From positions 58,859,284-58,899,172 of the forward strand of contig NC_057718.1 in assembly GCF_004010195.1 (NCBI RefSeq): a DNA stretch of 39,889 nt, in the 5' to 3' direction. The stretch's first letter is position 1. Every line of letters begins with the position of its first letter. The translations under genes were made by a program, and so were the position numbers. Origin of the DNA: Chiloscyllium plagiosum. Taxonomy: Eukaryota. The notes under the pieces were generated by a model. The model was not told the DNA's origin. It worked only from the letters and a program-made list of their open reading frames with translations, and searched no databases. Below are positions 34,800 to 39,889 of this stretch, piece by piece.

Positions 34800-35670
34800 T
34801 AAAAATTCACTCCTGGAGCATGGCTGACCAGCATTTATTACATGTTCCTAATTGCCCTTGAGAAGGTGGTGGTGAGCTGCCTTCTTGAACTGCTGCAATA
34901 CATATGCTGTTGATTGATCCACAATAACCAAAGGGAGGAACTTCCAGGATTTTGACCTTGTGAGACTGAAGGAACAGTGATATATTACCAAGTCAGGATG
35001 GTTAGTGGCTTGGAGGGGAACCTGCAGGTGGTGGTGTTCTAATATATCTGCTACTCTTATCCTTTCTAGGTGAAAGTGGTCATGGGTGTGGAAGGTGCTG
35101 TCTAAGAATTTGCCCTGGATGGTGTTAAGCTTCTTCAGTGTTGTTGGAGCTGCATCCATCCATATGGATTCCATCAGACTCCTGACTTGTGCCTTATAGA
35201 GATGGTGGTCAGGCTTTGGGAGTCAGGAGGTGAGTTACTTGCCATAGTACTCCTAGCCTCTGACCTGCTCTTTTAGCCACTGTGTTAATGTGGTCAATAG
35301 TAACCCCAAGAATGTTGATAGTGTGGAATTCTGTGATGGTAATGCCATTGAATGTCAAGGGATGATGTTTAGATTATCTCTTTTTGGAGGTCAGCCCAAG
35401 CCTGGATAATTGTCCTGATCCAATTGCTTTTGAACATGGACTGTTTCAGTATCTGAGGAATCGCAAATGGTGATGAACATTGTGAAATCATCAGTGATCA
35501 TCTCTACTTCCGATTTTCTGGTAGAGGGAAGGTCATTGATGAAGCAGCTGAAGATGGTTGGGACTTGGGCACTACCCTGAGGAACTCCTGCAGAGATGTC
35601 CTGGAGCTGTGATGAATGATCTCCAACAACTGCAACCATCTTAACACATGCCAGATATGCCGCCAATCAA
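34800..35670 (-). mobile_element. CR1/L2-group LINE family 2, internally deleted
   Basis: Reads AGVPQGSAQVPTIFSCFINDLP..EMITDD; collinear with 20100-21180. Confidence 0.8.
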
Positions 35671-35944
35671 TGGAGAAATTGCCCTGTATGATTTATCCCT
35701 CTATCATGATGAACTGGAAAGAGCTGTTCGCATCGCCAAGGCTGCCATTATTTGGCTTAGACTCTGTGTAGATTTTGAACTCCATGGAATGGAATGTGGC
35801 TTCACAGCTGCAAATTTACAACTACTTCAAGCCAGTGGCCTTTGTTCAGCAATAGAGCATATTCAAAGAAAATTCTACATCCAGCTGATGAAATTACAAT
35901 TTATTGTTTAATATAGTTCACCTTCATGACACTTACAATAGCAT

Positions 35945-36705
35945 TCCTCTTAGGGATGTAGGGGTGTTTGAGTCTGCGTGGGCCAGACATGTCGAGGGTC
36001 TTCTTGCCAGAGATGTTTGAGGGACGTTGATGTGGTTTCTTCTCTGACTGGGTGCCTTCTGACTCCTCCCTCTCTCCTGGGGCATCTGGTGAGTGTACCA
36101 GGTTCCCTTGCCACAGTAGCTTTGGTTCTGATGACCTGAGCGGGGTCTCTGGGGTGCAGTTGTGTGTATCTCCCTACCAGTCCCTGATTGCCGATCCTGT
36201 CCTGACAGGGGCTGAGCTGGTGCCTGCTTTCCAGCTGCCCTCTGAGTGCCAGCGATCTGGAGCATCTCTCTCTCAGCCACCTGCGGAGCTGTGAGGTGCT
36301 CACCAACTTGTGCTCCCATATTTTGCAAGGCTAATATTCAACTTGACATTTCAGTTTCTGATCTAGTGAGGGATGTTGGAGGCAGCCTTACCAATGCTTT
36401 CCCCAATGCTGTGGTGCTCTGGTCCTTAGAGATTGAGGATAGAGATAGATAAAGACATCTGGCACAGCTGAACAATGGAGCGGGTGGACATCCCATAAAA
36501 AAACTGCACAACAAAAGCAAGAGAAGGCATCATGACCTGTGGTTAGGAATGCATTCCCTTTCAGCTGTGCAGTAGTGTATGAGCACAACCAATCCAAGTA
36601 TCCACACATCGTTACACTGACCATGCAATGATGTCTCCTTCCCAAAATCAATGCTAAGTGAGGACCTCAGAAAGTTAGAGGAAATACTGGTCAGAAGTGA
36701 TATTA
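35945..36705 (-). pseudogene. Probable Gypsy-like integrase C-terminal relic
   Basis: Across frames it reads DFGKETSLHGQCN (cf. TSSPxYPQSNG), FFMGCP..SAVP (cf. LFMGRxLRTxxP), QLHPRDPAQV..TKATVAREPGT (cf. LxPGDxV..TV..TPRSY) and VRRHPVRE. Highly decayed. Confidence 0.35.
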
Positions 36706-36710
36706 GATTA

Positions 36711-37019
36711 CTTACAATGTGGGAACAGGCCCTTCGGCCCAACAAGTCCACACTGACCCGCCGAAGCCCAACCCACCCAGATCCATTCCCCTACATTTAC
36801 CCCTTCACCTAACACTATGGGCAATTTTAGCTTGGCCAATTCAACTGCCCTGCACATCTTTGGACTGTGGGAGGAAACCGGAGCACCTGCAGGAAACCCA
36901 CACAGACACGGGGAGAATGTGCAAACTCCACACAGGTCAGTCGCCTGAGGCGGGAATTGAACCTGGGTCTCTGGTGCTGTAAGGCAGCAGTGCTAACCAC
37001 TGTGCCATCGTGCCGCCCA
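36711..37019 (-). mobile_element. tRNA-derived SINE, HE1/V-SINE-like
   Basis: Reverse strand reads gggcggcacgatggcacagtggttagcactgctgcc..ggttcaattcc; tail ttgttgggccgaagggcctgttccc. Confidence 0.9.
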
Positions 37020-38530
37020 CAATACAATGAATGAGCCTGGCAGCAGGTGACTGGGAGAGTTGCAGTGGACTGAAGAGTCGGATTATTTTGATGACGGAAC
37101 ATGAAATGATACTGGTCTTGTGCTGTAAGGACCAGGCTTCTCTTCTCCTAGGAGCTGAGGAGTCTAAAGTAGGGCACCTTTCCACTTATCTGGGCCCTTT
37201 CTATCCTAGTATTAGTTGTCTATTCCTCTAAAGAGAGAAAGGGAGAAATTGAATGAGCTGAAAGATGGTGGCATGGCTGTTAATCCTGGTGTATGTGGGG
37301 AAACAGGGCTGAAGTGTCCCAGGCCAGGGAGTAGTCACCCATTGGTTTCAACCTGCCTGGTTTCAAATTTAAACAAAGCTTAGCCGGTAAGTGTTAATCC
37401 CTACTAATTTGTGCATTCACCATGGAAGGTTCCAGATGTAGGGGATTTGCATATCAGAAAATTCAATTCCCTGGGCTATTCCTGTGGACTCATCAGTGCT
37501 AGAGATTCTGCATGGAGCTGACTTTTAATTCCAGTCTATGCTGTTCTAATGACTCTCTGATCATCAGAATAACTGAAACTATATAATCATCAAAAAGTTC
37601 TTTCTGTGTTTGAAGAATGGTTTTATAACCGTATCACATTGTTCTTGCATGTAATATTAGCAAATTCAGAATGCATTCCTCATCTGTCATCTCCACATGT
37701 CATGTTTGTTTGAGTTTGTTTGGACTTGCTAGCTGTTGTGTTGCATTAGGCTGACAGTATGACTCTTCAATGAAATTAAAGTTGTTATTGTATAGGATTA
37801 TCAGCAGTTGCTGTAGAGAGTGCAAAAGTTGTTTGCAGTTTGCCCTGTACATGTGCTGTTTCATAAGCGACTAACAGCAATCTCAGCTGGAATTGTTGCC
37901 TTCTTGGAGGCATTTGTGCAGGTTCTGTTTCATAAGTACAGACATGATGTGTTTGTGTTTGCCTTTGTAACCACTTTCAGAGCATTGATATAACCTGAGA
38001 ACTTTTTGCAAGACTATGTGACTAGAAGAGGTCTTTTATAATGATTAGGTAGCTCTCAGTATCTGACAGTGCTAGAGAAACATGGTAAATTGGTCGTCAA
38101 AATTCATTGGGCTGTTCTTGAAAAAGTACTGCCCTTAAATTTGGAGCTGAGCTGATTGCTGCAACCCTGGTCAATACTGATGGATTATGATGTGAAATCC
38201 ATGTTCCTTTGATCCTTTGAAATGCCTGTTCCAGATTTTGGAATCCAACACAATGCTCAAGCTTTGTTTAAAAGTTGTTTTAAGACGTTCTATGACTTAC
38301 ACCAAGTTAGGGAGAAATTTTTCCAGCTATTAGCCATTCCAAGAAATTCTTGGACAACATTGTGTGAGATATTGTACTATAGGTTATCTTTATTAACAGT
38401 CACTAGCTCACTATACTCATTAATACTGGGTTCCTGTATATTCATTCATAACCCTTTACTAACCCATTATTTACGATAACACGGTTTCATTCATTCATTC
38501 ATAAAACCGTGGTTCTGTAATATAATTTAC

Positions 38531-39273
38531 TGTTGCAGGATAGACAAACACGAAAGCAATCCTTACAAGCCCATTTATCTTAAACCCTTATAAGGCCCAT
38601 TTCTACATCAAAAGCTACTTCTGAAGAGGTGTCAATATTGTAAACAAGACCGTTCCCATGCAAGTATCCACGAAACATTATAATATTAATCAGCCCTTAC
38701 CAACTGTCTCCTGGAATGGAATAGATTGCAGAACACCAAACATTTTCCCCAATTAGTATGTACTTGTTAAATGCCTTTTTAACTGGACTGTTACCCCTTT
38801 AAGAAACTGTCAAAACAGTGCTTAACTGAAATAACATGAATGAATGAAACTCAGACTAGCAAATAATAAAAAAATGTCATAACCCAGCTGCAGTAATCAG
38901 TTTAATCTCTTTTATTCTTTTATTAAGTACAGGTACAATTTCTAACTTACTTGGAGCATGTAGGTTTAGTATTTTTACTAACATTTACTAACTTAAAAGA
39001 CAAAAGAACTCTCTTAATCCCATCAGCAGTAGCAACCAGCACTTAGCACATGTTTTAACCCATCTCCTGTCTCCCAGGACAGAAGCCCCTCAAACATTTG
39101 TATACTATAAATACAACAATGTAGCACCATAGTAATGGAATTTTAATATATGTAAGAACTGTATTTTGGGATTCTATTGCTGTCTTGAACTTGTGCTGTG
39201 ATTGCCGAATAAAAGAGGCTATTTTCACTCCTCACCAACTTTGGTTGTGTGATTTGAACACGATCCCCCAATA
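38531..39273 (+). mobile_element. Possible solo LTR
   Basis: Imperfect terminal inverted repeat tgttgcaggat / atcccccaata, TATAAA near 39106 and AATAAA near 39208. No TSD found. Confidence 0.25.
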
Positions 39274-39592
39274 GATATTGGGAATTCACTAATGGTTCTT
39301 GTCTTGTTATGGGTCCGCCAATATGCCCTCACTACTAACAATGTGCCCTAAGAAGTGAAAATGAAACCCAGGATGAGACTAGGTTACAGGTCTTCAAAAG
39401 CAAAATTTAATGGAGTTACTAAATATAACTTGACATTCATTGTATCATATTGGTGCACTATATCCCATTTCAAAACATGTTATTTTAATTACATTTTCTG
39501 AATCACCCTGTTCAACGATGTTACTACACACTCCTGGAGCAGGTGGGATTTGAACCTGAATTTTCATACTCACAGAGTCATAGAGATATACA

Positions 39593-39889
39593 GGTAAAAA
39601 AAGGGCTGCAGATGCTGGAAACCAGATTCTGGATTAGAGTGGTGCTGGAAAAGCACAGCAGTTCAGGCAGCATCCGAGGAGCAGGAAAATCGATGTTTTG
39701 GGCAAAAGCCCTTCATCAGGAATACAGACAGAGTGCCTGAAGGATGGAGAGAATACAGGCACTCTGCCTGTATTCCTGATGAAGGGCTTTTGCCGGAAAT
39801 GTCGATTTTCCTGCTCCTCGGATGCTGCCTGAACTGCTGTGCTTTTCCAGCACCACTCTAATCCAGAATCTGGTTTCCAGCATCTGCAG
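39593..39889. mobile_element. Fold-back PLE-derived element (family A') with two decayed hammerheads; runs off the window end
   Basis: 39606-39738 is an inverted repeat of 39757-39889. Confidence 0.9.

Noticed and set aside
35648..35911. 87-aa plus-strand ORF
   Set aside because: It begins inside a LINE fragment and has no recognisable motif or convincing splice sites.
35933..36328. 131-aa ORF ending at a perfect gtaagt donor
   Set aside because: The acceptor is weak, and an alternative frame resembles a Gypsy integrase C-terminus; not supported as a host exon.
38479..38511. Small hairpin cacggttt-(cattcatt)n-aaaccgtg
   Set aside because: An 8-bp stem in single copy is compatible with chance.

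Overview
Eukaryotic, repeat-dominated DNA, most likely from a cartilaginous fish (shark). This is inferred from HE1-like and SacSINE1-like SINEs and shark-type CR1 and Penelope families. No host gene can be called confidently. The window holds: a full-length but decayed L1-clade LINE (328-6063) with a 15-bp TSD; several CR1 LINE fragments; a second CR1/L2-group LINE family; four tRNA-derived SINEs; a hAT (Charlie/Buster-type) transposase relic split into four pieces by three CR1 insertions; a probable Gypsy integrase relic; and many Penelope-like element (PLE) pieces. The strongest signal is that the termini of three PLE families carry a minimal type I hammerhead-ribozyme motif (CUGANGA-A-stem II-GAAA, palindromic ACGU/AGCU stem III). 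These termini occur repeatedly as short non-coding fold-back elements, usually with a ~33-40 nt tail on one arm only and often a ~12-16 bp TSD, alongside a 5'-truncated RT-encoding parent copy. All family assignments come from motif recognition by eye; no searches were run.
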